The notes under the pieces: model-generated
Database searches by the model: none
What the model was told of the DNA's origin: nothing
Seen by the model: the letters and a program-made list of their open reading frames with translations, nothing else
Translations under genes and position numbers: made by a program
Origin: a virus
Lineage: Duplodnaviria; Heunggongvirae; Uroviricota; Caudoviricetes
Length of the DNA: 64,000 bases
Virus record (IMG/VR): IMGVR_UViG_3300027156_000002
Direction: 5' to 3' (one strand)
In this document: piece after piece, positions 1 through 9,462 of the stretch
How the letters are laid out: each line of letters opens with the position of its first letter
Position numbering within the stretch: position 1 is the first letter of the stretch

Positions 1-328
1 CTTTAATTGCAAGAATCAATTTAGATTCGAATGGATGCAATCCTTCAAGGAGTTGAATGAACAATGATTCTCTGCGCACTTTATTTAAGTCTGCACGACA
101 GAATACATACAACTTCTTAGCTTCCATATGCAAGTTTGCTGGACTCATGCCGATGGGTGCAGCGTCTTCTTTGAAAGGAGGATCTCCCTCAGGTAGAAAG
201 AACTTCTTGTTGGGGTCAAACGCATGCTCAAAAATCAAACGCAGTGCACCATTATCTTTATATTTTGTAATATTAACTGGATTATCATTGATCTCAGTCA
301 ACATCTCAGTAACTAATTTTGTAGCCAT
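1..328 (-). CDS. hypothetical protein, N-terminal part only (gene continues past window start)
   Basis: Minus-strand ORF starting with ATG at 326-328 (MATKLVTEMLTEINDNP...). A GGAGGA SD lies upstream and the start overlaps the rnh stop as TAATG. Not in the supplied ORF track because it is truncated. Confidence 0.45.
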   Translation of the reverse strand, partial: MATKLVTEMLTEINDNPVNITKYKDNGALRLIFEHAFDPNKKFFLPEGDPPFKEDAAPIGMSPANLHMEAKKLYVFCRADLNKVRRESLFIQLLEGLHPFESKLILAIK

Positions 329-1218
329 TAAAAATCCTCCAATTCATCTAATAGTAAACGACATTTATTGGCGATTAAATAATTCATTATCGTCATCTTG
401 TCGGATGTCGTTTTATAATCCGCATAGGTATCTATAATTTGCTTTGACACATCGTCAGGAATAAATTCAAAATCAACCAGTGTTTGATTGCGATGCCAGT
501 TGCGACGTTCCTCATCTGTATTACATGCAACAAATCCATTTTCAATAAATTCCTGCAGACGTTTTGCAGAAACAGGTTTCTGTCTTTCGCCTTTGAGGAA
601 TACATCATCGTTGCTCAGAATGTTTGGAATACCATCGTCACCTGCTTTAACGATATGCGTAATGGTTTTCTCGTGCAACTCTTTCTTAGTTGCTTTAACA
701 TATTTCTTTTGGATAGGTGACCACTGAGTTACATTATCATATTTTTGCAGCTGGATAAAGTCACCATCTGAAGATACAATCAAAATTTTCTGTGGTTCTT
801 CCACTAATCCTTGCTGAACCAGTGCGTTAGTTTGACACCACTTAGCCATTACTGCGATAATGTCGTCAGCTTCTGCACGTTCCAGATGTAAAACTTTGTA
901 TGGGAAGTTTTGTGCGATCTCATCACGAATTTGCGACAGCGTATCAAAGATTAAAGTCCAATCCAGATCGCTATTGTCACGTGCTTTCTTACGATTACAC
1001 TTGTAGTTGGGAAAGAACTCCCTACGCCAATACTTGCGACCATCACAACAGATAACCAACTCACCATACTCTTTGCCATATTTCTTTTTGTATGACTTGA
1101 GTGTTGAGAGTGTTACGTGGCGAATCAGATTTTTAATCTCAGACTCGCTACCTTTCAACTCACGTTGGAATGATAAAATGTTACTCAGAGCTACCTGAGA
1201 ATAATCAACTAAAATCAT
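328..1218 (-). CDS. rnh: RNase H / 5'-3' exonuclease (flap endonuclease), T4 rnh homolog
   Basis: 296 aa. Recalled strong similarity to T4 RNase H throughout, e.g. CDG..YWRR.F..YK.NR and ILIVSSDGDF.QL..Y.NV.QWSP. Confidence 0.9.
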   Translation of the reverse strand: MILVDYSQVALSNILSFQRELKGSESEIKNLIRHVTLSTLKSYKKKYGKEYGELVICCDGRKYWRREFFPNYKCNRKKARDNSDLDWTLIFDTLSQIRDEIAQNFPYKVLHLERAEADDIIAVMAKWCQTNALVQQGLVEEPQKILIVSSDGDFIQLQKYDNVTQWSPIQKKYVKATKKELHEKTITHIVKAGDDGIPNILSNDDVFLKGERQKPVSAKRLQEFIENGFVACNTDEERRNWHRNQTLVDFEFIPDDVSKQIIDTYADYKTTSDKMTIMNYLIANKCRLLLDELEDF

Positions 1219-2318
1219 TAAAATGCTCCAAGTAAAATGCAGTCTTCATTGAATCGACCATTCGGTACTGCTGGTTTGGTCTTTAGTGTTTTGATTGCAC
1301 TGTTCAATGCACGTTTACCCAACGACAACCCTTTGAAGAATTCTTCGGGTTTGCGTAGAGTCATACGCTTTGATTCTTTAATATCGAAACCGATGATGGT
1401 AGTTCCCTTAACTGATAGAGTTCCACCATTCTCACCTTTGTATACACCAACATGTTTGTATTTGGTGTTGTAGTACCAGACTTCGGTTGAGCCGATGATA
1501 CTTGCTGGGTTCACAGACTTTAGATTAAGTTCTGCAAAATCTTTGAGATACTTCATCTTCGCTACCTGCTTACCTGCAGGTACTTCCTTACGTTTACGTG
1601 GAGCACGATTAGCCTTAGCAGTCTGAACCATCTGGTTACAGTCAGCAATAATATTATCAACAAACTCCAAGAACTTCTTGAGTTCACGCTTGGTAAAGTT
1701 TGAGTATCCTTCAACAAGTTGCTCGTCATCACCTGCGATTGCTTCACGCAATTCATCTGCTGTTGGCACGAACAACTCCCCGATACGTTTAGCAATCGGT
1801 GCTGCTACCTGTTGTGCAAGTAGATAGTTTTTAGCTGAGAAGTCAGACTTACAACCACCCAACACGAAGTCATCGATGGCACCTTCGATCTCACCAGCGA
1901 GATCGTGTGCTTTCTCATCCATTCTTTCCTGAATAGAAATTACATTGGTAGGGGTTTCTTCTTTTTTAACGATAACTTCTTTCTTGACTTCTTTCATCGC
2001 AGTCAGTTCTTTGATGCGATTCTCAAGAAATAGTAGATGATTTTCTGCTAGTTGACCACCACGATCGCTGATGCGTGCAAGGATGCCAGCATAACGAAAA
2101 TGTTTCTCGTCAATCTTCAGAAGTTGTGCTGCGAGTTTCTTGTTTGATTTTGCAACATGACTGATAAGCCACTTCTTCTTATCTTTGTCGTCGTTGTTGT
2201 AGTTGTAGTAGTTGAGTATCTCAAGAAAACTGCTGTTATACCTAGCAGAGTTTAACTCAGGTTCACTACCATTAACTTTTGCAATAAGTTCTTTACGTTT
2301 CGCTGTATTCATAGCCAT
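1218..2318 (-). CDS. hypothetical protein (366 aa, Lys-rich)
   Basis: Long ORF with SD GAGGAA upstream. Its stop overlaps the rnh start as TAATG. Driven by PeSL-1 promoter. Confidence 0.6.
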   Translation of the reverse strand: MAMNTAKRKELIAKVNGSEPELNSARYNSSFLEILNYYNYNNDDKDKKKWLISHVAKSNKKLAAQLLKIDEKHFRYAGILARISDRGGQLAENHLLFLENRIKELTAMKEVKKEVIVKKEETPTNVISIQERMDEKAHDLAGEIEGAIDDFVLGGCKSDFSAKNYLLAQQVAAPIAKRIGELFVPTADELREAIAGDDEQLVEGYSNFTKRELKKFLEFVDNIIADCNQMVQTAKANRAPRKRKEVPAGKQVAKMKYLKDFAELNLKSVNPASIIGSTEVWYYNTKYKHVGVYKGENGGTLSVKGTTIIGFDIKESKRMTLRKPEEFFKGLSLGKRALNSAIKTLKTKPAVPNGRFNEDCILLGAF

Positions 2319-2340
2319 AGGAATAATTCCTCACTTTCTA

Positions 2341-2412
2341 ATAACAATTATACCCTACTTTTGAATTATTGTAAAGCATTATTTTTAATAACCCTGCAAA
2401 GTGTAGGGTTAT
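2341..2412 (-). promoter_or_regulatory. PeSL-like cassette 1: sigma70 early promoter (-35 TTTACA rc at 2370-2375, 17-nt spacer, -10 TATAAT rc at 2347-2352) plus upstream stem-loop (2389-2410, AACCCTGCA/TGTAGGGTT)
   Basis: Consensus hexamers are read directly on the minus strand with exact 17-nt spacing. The hairpin overlaps the stop of the upstream gene. The same architecture repeats 6 times in the window. Confidence 0.7.
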
Positions 2413-3206
2413 TTCAAGACCCATTGGATCATTTCCAAGCGAGTTAGAGCCGATGAATTCTCCCACATAGAGAAATGGGTAGACTGAGGGATAATTACTT
2501 CCTTGGAGTCTGGAAACAGTCCCTTAAAGGTATCATATCCACCTGTGGTAGACTCATAGTCATACTCACCGATAATACTTAGGATCGGTGGAACCTTTGC
2601 AGGATCGAACCCAAGTTGACCAGTATCAACCCAATAATTGTTGATATCATAAACAGGTTGCGATGGAACTTTCCATGTTGTAGAGCCAACAACATCAAGA
2701 ATCTTTTGTTCCCATCCGTCAATTCTATTTGGTTTGCCAATCAACTTGTCACTAATCTTTTCGAGTCTTTCTTTTTTAAGTTTCTCGATGCCAGTTTCAA
2801 AATATTCTGTGTCAAACTCAACATAATATCTTTTATCCATGCGAACAGATGGACTGTGAATGATAATCTTATCGAATAAACCTCTTTCTCCAGCAATCAA
2901 CGCAGGAGCAGTTGATGTTGAGAAACCAAATATAGTTTTGGAAACGTATTCTTTCTTAAGTTCTTTAATAGCAGATTCAATCTGATCTGCATATCCAACT
3001 CTGTCATACTGATAATAGTCAGTACTCTCACCATAACCACATGGATCAAATAAGATTACATCGATACCAGCACCAAGAAAATAGTCTATGTGCGTGTGAC
3101 CATCTGAAAGTTTAAAGTCCCAGAAAGCACGTGGCGATAAACTCTGTCCAGGTAAAAGGAATAGTAGATGTTTATTTTGTTCTAAACTAATTTCTGTTGT
3201 AACCAT
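2409..3206 (-). CDS. alpha/beta-hydrolase fold protein
   Basis: 265 aa. GFSTS nucleophile-elbow (GxSxG) motif with a hydrolase-like length. Confidence 0.55.
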   Translation of the reverse strand: MVTTEISLEQNKHLLFLLPGQSLSPRAFWDFKLSDGHTHIDYFLGAGIDVILFDPCGYGESTDYYQYDRVGYADQIESAIKELKKEYVSKTIFGFSTSTAPALIAGERGLFDKIIIHSPSVRMDKRYYVEFDTEYFETGIEKLKKERLEKISDKLIGKPNRIDGWEQKILDVVGSTTWKVPSQPVYDINNYWVDTGQLGFDPAKVPPILSIIGEYDYESTTGGYDTFKGLFPDSKEVIIPQSTHFSMWENSSALTRLEMIQWVLK

Positions 3207-3207
3207 A

Positions 3208-3807
3208 TCAATTGTCGTTTTGGATTTTACTAAAGTCTAAATTTTCATAACCACGTAGAACTGAGAATGGGTTCATTGCACCAATCCCAGCTGTGATTGC
3301 ACTTCTCTTTCCTGTTATACCAACAACATCATGTATAACTAGAGCATTAAGAATCCACCATCTGTGAGTATCAACATGAACAGATTTCACTAAATCAAGT
3401 TTATCTTTATTTTCTGGTTTAGTTAGATGTGGACGAATTAGAGGGTTTGATTTTTCTCTATAAAAATTAGTTGAAGGATTTTCTCCTCCCCTCTCATAAA
3501 CATAATTTAAAACCCATTTCCTTGGGAATGAATCTGTATGGGCTAGATGTGTATTAGAGCCACCAATATAATGTGATATCTGAATACTAGGTAAAAATAA
3601 CTTATCAGAGATGTTATTAACAATCCAGTCGTTTAATTCTTTACTAGCATTATTTCTAGTGTAAAGAATGTTTGGTATATCTCCAGAAGAAGATTTCATT
3701 GTTCTCATCTCTGCAGTATAGTTACGCTTGTCATTAATATCAACTTCTGTTGGTATTAAATGCTCTGGAACTTTAGGTAAATTATCTAAATATTTAAACA
3801 ATAGCAT
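3208..3807 (-). CDS. hypothetical protein (possible PhyH-like Fe(II)/2OG dioxygenase)
   Basis: 199 aa. HTD (HxD) followed later by HVDTH. This is a weak motif-level call only. Confidence 0.35.
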   Translation of the reverse strand: MLLFKYLDNLPKVPEHLIPTEVDINDKRNYTAEMRTMKSSSGDIPNILYTRNNASKELNDWIVNNISDKLFLPSIQISHYIGGSNTHLAHTDSFPRKWVLNYVYERGGENPSTNFYREKSNPLIRPHLTKPENKDKLDLVKSVHVDTHRWWILNALVIHDVVGITGKRSAITAGIGAMNPFSVLRGYENLDFSKIQNDN

Positions 3808-3810
3808 AAA

Positions 3811-4629
3811 TTATGTAATCCTCTGTTGTAGATATTGTAAGGTATCATTATCATTAAAATACTTACCCTCAAAACACTTCACTGTAATTATATTTCCAGC
3901 TGTTGATGTCAGAAACATTGCATCAGATGTTTCAGCAAACCATGGTAGGATATTACCATACTCAAACCAAATACCATTTCTATCGCATAAGGATTTAACT
4001 AATTCCATCACAGTACCCTTAAGACAGTTCGTGGCAGGTGCGTACACCTTTCCACCTCGAATAAACCCAACATTAAATCCTGGACCCTCAGTAATAAGTC
4101 CACCATGGTCTAATAACACAGCAGTATCATATCCACGATCGATTGCTTCCCACTGTGCAAGGTTTAAATCATTCCAAGCAAAGTTCTTCATCGTTTGATC
4201 AATAGATGTATTTCTTTTTTGCTTCGCTAAGCAAACTGTAGCTGTATTTTCTTTATTGAACCCATAGTAGGGTTTGGTATAGATGAAGAGATTCGGTTTA
4301 CAGTTGGCTAAATCTCTTGGGTTACCAGAAGTAGGTATACCTCTAGTCAAACCGATCCAAACTAATAGATCGTCAGTCGGTGCCATAGCTACCAATGTTT
4401 GAATAACTATCTCGATGTCGTTATCAGAGTACTCAACAGGGATTCTCCATCCCTGAGAACTGCGGATGAATCTACTCAGGTGTGCATTTAGGTTTTCAAT
4501 TTCACCATTCCTCACTGCAAGCACATCATAAGTTGCATCACAATGAATTAAGCCAAGATCTAAAACAGAAACTGTTAGGTCTTTGACTTTACAATACTTA
4601 CCATTTTTCCAAGCAGGATAATCAAGCAC
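3811..4629 (-). CDS. class IV PLP-dependent aminotransferase (branched-chain/D-amino acid aminotransferase or ADC lyase family)
   Basis: 272 aa. ITEGPGFNVGF-type motif (E-G-x-x-x-N-x-F) and an overall BCAT-like pattern. Confidence 0.65.
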   Translation of the reverse strand: MLDYPAWKNGKYCKVKDLTVSVLDLGLIHCDATYDVLAVRNGEIENLNAHLSRFIRSSQGWRIPVEYSDNDIEIVIQTLVAMAPTDDLLVWIGLTRGIPTSGNPRDLANCKPNLFIYTKPYYGFNKENTATVCLAKQKRNTSIDQTMKNFAWNDLNLAQWEAIDRGYDTAVLLDHGGLITEGPGFNVGFIRGGKVYAPATNCLKGTVMELVKSLCDRNGIWFEYGNILPWFAETSDAMFLTSTAGNIITVKCFEGKYFNDNDTLQYLQQRIT

Positions 4630-5251
4630 GAATAAACTCCATTATTTCTTTGGCTAGAATATATCTAGCTGGTTCTAACATTACGTAATGTGAAGAATTC
4701 TTTATAACAACCTTTTTCTTCTCACCCAAAAATTTTAAATACATTCCATTTGTGCATAGAGAATTATTAGAATTACCCCACTCACTAAACAACAATAATG
4801 TTTTAGTTTTGTTTGGTGAAATAATCAATCTATCGACCACTCCAATATTTTTATTTTTAGTGGATAAATCCCTCTCAAAAAACCTATTGGCAGTTTCTAT
4901 ATCCTCAATATACTTCTTCTGATTATGATTTATTTCTGCATTAGGATCAAGTAAAATTATCCCTTTGGTATTTTCTGTTGATGATGCTATAGCAAGAAAA
5001 CACCCAAAACTATAACCCATTATATAATCTACATCAGTAGCGAGTTCTTTCAAATCTTCCACTAAACTCTCATATGTATCGCTGGGTTCATAATCTACTG
5101 CGATAGTTTCAACTCCAGCATCATACAACAAATCTTGTAGGTTTTGTTCTGTGAATGTGGAGTTGAACATGGTGTCATATTTCCATGTGACACCCATGAG
5201 ATATAAAAGACTGTGCTTATGGTTGGGTGGTGTTTTTCTGTGTACCAGCAC
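4622..5251 (-). CDS. alpha/beta-hydrolase fold protein
   Basis: 209 aa. GYSFG (GxSxG) nucleophile elbow. Confidence 0.5.
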   Translation of the reverse strand: MLVHRKTPPNHKHSLLYLMGVTWKYDTMFNSTFTEQNLQDLLYDAGVETIAVDYEPSDTYESLVEDLKELATDVDYIMGYSFGCFLAIASSTENTKGIILLDPNAEINHNQKKYIEDIETANRFFERDLSTKNKNIGVVDRLIISPNKTKTLLLFSEWGNSNNSLCTNGMYLKFLGEKKKVVIKNSSHYVMLEPARYILAKEIMEFIRA

Positions 5252-5501
5252 TGGTCACTTTCTCATACAATTCAACGAAGTCTTCATGGTCTGCAACTTC
5301 TTGGTGCAAACTCTGCTTATGAAAAGTTTTAGCAATCTTGTTGATAATTTTCTTTGGGATTTGCAACTGGTCAGATTGTTCTTTGACAATTTCTTTAATC
5401 AAATCACGTTCTGCTTCAGTTCGAATCATAGAGTTGCTGATTTCACGAATGGCTTTTTGTAGATCAGTTTTCTGTTCAGGTGTCAATACGTAATTCATCA
5501 T
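5217..5501 (-). CDS. hypothetical protein
   Basis: 94 aa ORF in the co-directional gene string. Confidence 0.4.
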   Translation of the reverse strand: MMNYVLTPEQKTDLQKAIREISNSMIRTEAERDLIKEIVKEQSDQLQIPKKIINKIAKTFHKQSLHQEVADHEDFVELYEKVTSAGTQKNTTQP

Positions 5502-5704
5502 TTATCCTTTTTAATTTCAATTGATTTTGAGAAGAAGATGTGCAACAAAACTGCTGCAGACCAAGTCTCTAATGTATAGGGGATTGCGAGCATAGGGAAT
5601 AAAGTGTTTAGTGCCCAGAGATATAAAATTGGCAGAAGAACTGCCAAACCAATAATAATGATGACACCAACAGTGACACCAAACATAGCAATAATTGTTT
5701 TCAC
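5498..5704 (-). CDS. small membrane protein (2 predicted TM)
   Basis: 68 aa, hydrophobic. Start overlaps the neighbouring gene. Confidence 0.4.
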   Translation of the reverse strand: MKTIIAMFGVTVGVIIIIGLAVLLPILYLWALNTLFPMLAIPYTLETWSAAVLLHIFFSKSIEIKKDK

Positions 5705-6009
5705 AGCGAGAACTCCACTTTAATTACGGAGTCCCAACGGAAGGATCTCCACTCTTGTTTTTCTGTATCGAAGACTCGTACTGCGGATCCAGAAGTCTGG
5801 CTACTCGCAGTTTCTTCCTTGGGCATCTTGTCTGCAGGTATTCTTCCCTCGCAGAGAGTACATAACATTTTTCTTTCTGTACCATCTTTTTTGGTAAAAG
5901 TAATGCACAGATCTTTTGTGTTTGCGTCTCGTAGTAGTCCATGTGTCCACTCTTTGAAAGTTTCGAACTCTTTATCATTCTTGAATACTGTTTGCATCGT
6001 CATTATCAA
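5701..6009 (-). CDS. hypothetical protein
   Basis: 102 aa ORF. Its 4-nt overlap with neighbours suggests translational coupling. Confidence 0.4.
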   Translation of the reverse strand: MIMTMQTVFKNDKEFETFKEWTHGLLRDANTKDLCITFTKKDGTERKMLCTLCEGRIPADKMPKEETASSQTSGSAVRVFDTEKQEWRSFRWDSVIKVEFSL

Positions 6010-6220
6010 ATCTCACTTTTAATTCATTAACTAATGGTTGGAAAAAATCTTTAAATTCTTTTGTGTTGTAAAAGGTAGTATGATAACTATTCGTCAGTTC
6101 CTTACCATCTTTATCGAAGGACACTTGTTTAACTGTAAATTCTACAAGGTCATATGCGTGCGACTTAACAATAACTGACTTATGTAAGTCTGGTTTGTTA
6201 AGTTCAATATTGATATTCAT
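5975..6220 (-). CDS. hypothetical protein
   Basis: 81 aa. AGGT SD lies 6 nt upstream of the ATG. Confidence 0.4.
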   Translation of the reverse strand: MNINIELNKPDLHKSVIVKSHAYDLVEFTVKQVSFDKDGKELTNSYHTTFYNTKEFKDFFQPLVNELKVRFDNDDANSIQE

Positions 6221-6328
6221 AGCTACCTTTCTTGTGCTTGGGTTGACGTGTGTACTGAACCTTAGACTCCACCTTTCTCATACGATACTTGGGAGTGCGC
6301 AAATCCTTTGCTATAGGATTTCTAGGTT

Positions 6329-6365
6329 TAATTGAATTATACACTACTTTCATTTTAATGTCAAC
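6329..6365 (-). promoter_or_regulatory. consensus sigma70 promoter (TTGACA-17-TATAAT with TG-extended -10) on minus strand
   Basis: rc of 6359-6364 = TTGACA and rc of 6336-6341 = TATAAT, separated by a 17-nt spacer and preceded by TG. It lies about 108 nt upstream of the ORF starting at 6220, and the leader contains an AAATCC..GGATTT hairpin. Confidence 0.5.
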
Positions 6366-6373
6366 TTATTTTA

Positions 6374-6589
6374 TTATTGCAGTCTGTAGATAACTCCAAA
6401 GATGTATACAGCCAACAACCCAGCATTGACTACAATAAGACTTTTCTCTTTCATCCTTATTGCAGCAGCAAGCCAAGTAATTGCACCAGCATTAAACAGA
6501 TACACGTTCAATGGATCCATAGCCAATGAAGTTGCAACTGCGCCAGCAATAGTCAACGCAGTTCCTAACCACTTCAAAAATTCTGTCAT
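6374..6589 (-). CDS. small membrane protein
   Basis: 71 aa, hydrophobic. Confidence 0.4.
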   Translation of the reverse strand: MTEFLKWLGTALTIAGAVATSLAMDPLNVYLFNAGAITWLAAAIRMKEKSLIVVNAGLLAVYIFGVIYRLQ

Positions 6590-6792
6590 TTAACTTCCTC
6601 TACTGTCACACGATACGCTTTACCATTTCTATCAATCACAGACATAGTCTTGCGAGTAGATAAAAACTTTCCTTGTGGATCTAAATCCCATTGCGTCTTT
6701 CCAACATTATCAATGTAAGAACTATACTTATCCGCATCTTTCTTCATTGCTTCGCTAATAACTTTAGCGATATAGTCACAATATGCTAACAT
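6586..6792 (-). CDS. hypothetical protein
   Basis: 68 aa. GGAG SD upstream. Confidence 0.4.
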   Translation of the reverse strand: MLAYCDYIAKVISEAMKKDADKYSSYIDNVGKTQWDLDPQGKFLSTRKTMSVIDRNGKAYRVTVEEVK

Positions 6793-6983
6793 AACAACTC
6801 CTTTTCAAAATTAGTACTACTTTCTTTGGCATAGTTGATAGTAGTAAACACTCAGATGCTGTTTTGGCTGTTTAAAGTCTACCAAGGATATTCCTCCACA
6901 AAGACTTTTCTTAAAAGAAACCTGAAACAAACACAACAATGGCGAAGATAATAATCGCAGGTTGTATAATGTAAAAAACCAAA

Positions 6984-7217
6984 TCACGCATAATCTTTTT
7001 TGCCACCAAACTGTTCATTATATTCATAACCCATAAAATAAGCACGCATCTCAGCAATACTCATGTCTTTAGGTTCAACTCGATCGCCACGATAGGATCC
7101 CTCAGGATACCAGTGCGGGTCTTGCGGACGACTATACCAGCTATCAGCAGCACCACGATCAAATGGGCTACCATGACTACGATCAAAAGTTTGACCACGA
7201 TATTCAATTGTATTCAT
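6984..7217 (-). CDS. hypothetical protein (start re-assigned to internal ATG)
   Basis: The track ORF 6984..7283 has a Met-rich N-extension. GGAGA SD supports ATG at 7215-7217 (MNTIEYRGQ...), which abuts the stop of a 44-aa upstream ORF (7219..7353). Confidence 0.4.
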   Translation of the reverse strand: MNTIEYRGQTFDRSHGSPFDRGAADSWYSRPQDPHWYPEGSYRGDRVEPKDMSIAEMRAYFMGYEYNEQFGGKKDYA

Positions 7218-7506
7218 ATTAATGTTCTCCATAATATTGCGCATCATCATTTGCACATTCATCTGCATAAGACATAAACTCATATTGCTTTTGCAGTTCC
7301 AAATTTTCCAGTTCTTCGATTTCTTCTGGGGTGAGTTTATTTAGATCAATCATTTTTTCGCTCCATTGATTGAGAACCGATAATCATCAGCAAAAATCCA
7401 CCAGCACAAGCCAGAAGTAGGTAAGGTAAATCAGCATCACTAGCATTGTCAAGACCACCAGAAACACCGAAAATAATTAAGAGACCAATAAAAAACCTAA
7501 TCATAA

Positions 7507-7778
7507 TTAAATCCTCGACAAGTTGATCACACGACCAGCATATTCCATGAAAGAAACTTCATGGGGTACGAAAACAATTTTGCCAACACGAGAGTGCTTA
7601 CCTTTCTTTTGAATCTCGCCACCGAACACATCTTTGGTAGCAGTAATTTTGTAAGCAAAGTAACCTTGCTCAGTGTTCTTAACTTGTTCAACAACACCTT
7701 CAACGAAACAGTCTTCACGACCAACCATCGGTTTGAAGTCATAAGCACGGATCACATCACCAACATTCACATTCAACA
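7507..7778 (-). CDS. hypothetical protein (start re-assigned)
   Basis: The track ORF extends into the PeSL-2 promoter. AGGAA SD lies 8 nt upstream of ATG at 7776-7778 (MLNVNVGD...). Confidence 0.45.
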
Positions 7779-7805
7779 TTTTGTTTCCTTTTTCAATCAT
7801 CATAA

Positions 7806-7918
7806 GACTATTATACAGCCATTTTGAATTATTGTAAACCCCCAGTTTTGCAAATTTACAACGCAAAAACCCCTCTACTAGAGAGGGGTTGGGAAGACCC
7901 TACAGTTTGTAGGGTTAT
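7806..7918 (-). promoter_or_regulatory. PeSL-like cassette 2: promoter (-35 rc 7833-7838 GTTTACA, -10 rc 7810-7815 TATAAT) plus two tandem stem-loops (7866-7886 CCCCTCT/AGAGGGG and 7898-7916 CCCTACA/TGTAGGG)
   Basis: Read directly from the sequence. Same architecture as the other 5 cassettes. Confidence 0.7.
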
Positions 7919-8017
7919 TTTGAAGTTAAATTTGAGGGTTTGCAGGCTGTATCAACGCTACCACCTGCTAGACGATATGGAAGAAACCATATTTGTAGAA
8001 AATACCAAACCCAAAGA

Positions 8018-8248
8018 TCAATTGGATTTATCATTGTCTTTTCTTGCGAATTTTTCAGAAGCTGTGAATCCCAGTCCTGCTATCACAAGATAAATCATTG
8101 AATCGAATAAAGCTGGCGTTACCTTATACCCTTGGATGTCAGCAACGAACCCATAAGCACATAACAAAAACGCTAATAGTGTTACAACTCGTTTGCTGCT
8201 GACAGTTCCATTATGGCCATCAGATACCATGCTTCTTAACCAATTCAT
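8018..8248 (-). CDS. small membrane protein
   Basis: 76 aa, two hydrophobic segments. Confidence 0.4.
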   Translation of the reverse strand: MNWLRSMVSDGHNGTVSSKRVVTLLAFLLCAYGFVADIQGYKVTPALFDSMIYLVIAGLGFTASEKFARKDNDKSN

Positions 8249-8252
8249 GATA

Positions 8253-8693
8253 TTAGTCGTTTCTTGTATTTCTTGCTACAGGATCTCCTGGCTCAAGATT
8301 ATATGATTGTGTAGACATTGGCATTGGTGGCATACCCATTGGTCTTGGTGGCATACCCATCGGTGAACTCATTGGAGTTGGTGCTGGAGTTGTTGGTTTA
8401 TTCCAGCCAGAAGTTGCTGCTTCGAGTGCTTTCTTCTGTGCATCTTTATCTCCACCTGCCAACATAATTCCTGATAGAGTACCAGTCAAGAATGTTGCGA
8501 TAGGAATAATTAACTCAAAGAACTTCTGGTCGATAGGACTAATAGCGTTCAATGGTTGAGTAACAAAGATAATTGAATAAAGAACAACGAAAACAATTCC
8601 AACAAGGGTAAATGATAAACAGATACCGATGAAGAACTTCAGACGAGCCATTAACTGCTCTTCTGTATACATAACTGGTTCGCTCATTTGCAT
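8253..8693 (-). CDS. membrane protein with Pro/Met-rich C-terminal tail (PMGMPPRPMGMPPMPM)
   Basis: 146 aa. N-terminal TM segments followed by a low-complexity tail. Confidence 0.45.
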   Translation of the reverse strand: MQMSEPVMYTEEQLMARLKFFIGICLSFTLVGIVFVVLYSIIFVTQPLNAISPIDQKFFELIIPIATFLTGTLSGIMLAGGDKDAQKKALEAATSGWNKPTTPAPTPMSSPMGMPPRPMGMPPMPMSTQSYNLEPGDPVARNTRND

Positions 8694-8953
8694 GCTCCTG
8701 TAGTTGTTGATGCAGCTGCTGGTCTAGCAACTTCACCATCTTTTGGTGGACCGAGTCTTGGATCTCTCTGCCCTTTAAAAATGTGTTCTGGACAAGTTCT
8801 GTTAACGTCGCATAGTGGCAACTTACAGATTTCCTTATCCCAATTAGATGGGTCTTGACATGGGTAACGGAATGATTCTTTACTTACTATTGCAAACGCA
8901 ATAGGGATCAGTAACAAAACTCCTATTAGCCACAGTAGATGTTTATCATTCAT
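8684..8953 (-). CDS. secreted/membrane-anchored Cys-rich small protein
   Basis: 89 aa. N-terminal hydrophobic signal-like segment and 6 Cys. Confidence 0.4.
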   Translation of the reverse strand: MNDKHLLWLIGVLLLIPIAFAIVSKESFRYPCQDPSNWDKEICKLPLCDVNRTCPEHIFKGQRDPRLGPPKDGEVARPAAASTTTGACK

Positions 8954-8974
8954 ACCATTACTCTCTTGTAGTTA

Positions 8975-9451
8975 TTATTTTCCAGCCAATGGGTTGTCCA
9001 ATGCTTTCTGTATCTTACTATCTATTTCTTTACGAATTTGGCGCATGTCTTGATCGACTTCACGATTAAGTTGCTTACCATCACGCTCGACAGTTTCAAC
9101 AACCTTTTCAAGTCTACGAATATCTTGCTTTAGGTCGTTCTTAATATCTTGAGTATATTGAACAGCTTTCTCACTATTTTGCATAGTGAGTTCCATCTTC
9201 TTATTCAATTCAGATAGATCAGGGGAAACATATTCCGCAATCTTTTTCTTCATGCCTTGATAATCTTTATAGACTTCAAATGCTCCATAAAGACCACCTA
9301 GTGTAGATGATACAATCGTAAACGCTACCATCAGTTTGGCTGGCGTAAACTCATATCCGCCGATAGAAATTACTGTATCTTTGCTGGCAAACTTTTTAGC
9401 TGCAGCTTCTAGGTCGTCTACTTTCTTATTTAGGTCCACTTTCTCTGTCAT
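8975..9451 (-). CDS. coiled-coil membrane protein, paralog A
   Basis: 158 aa. Shares the VISIGGYEFTPAKLMVAFT.VSS.LGGLYG.FEVYKDY..MKKKIAEYV.PDL.EL.KKME block with the adjacent gene. Confidence 0.5.
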   Translation of the reverse strand: MTEKVDLNKKVDDLEAAAKKFASKDTVISIGGYEFTPAKLMVAFTIVSSTLGGLYGAFEVYKDYQGMKKKIAEYVSPDLSELNKKMELTMQNSEKAVQYTQDIKNDLKQDIRRLEKVVETVERDGKQLNREVDQDMRQIRKEIDSKIQKALDNPLAGK

Positions 9452-9462
9452 TTCCTTTTCCC

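Noticed and set aside
57-437. Plus-strand ORF at the window start, and all other plus-strand ORFs in the track (e.g. 484..727, 2616..2879, 10503..10829, 11912..12511, 26469..27026, 44277..45273, 52481..53038, 54455..55084, 58817..59767)
   Set aside because: Every one lies antisense to a minus-strand gene with clear homology or good coding features. Several are low-complexity artefacts, e.g. the Ala/Gly-rich 10503..10829 ORF opposite the Pro/Gln-rich linker. No SD or promoter context supports them.
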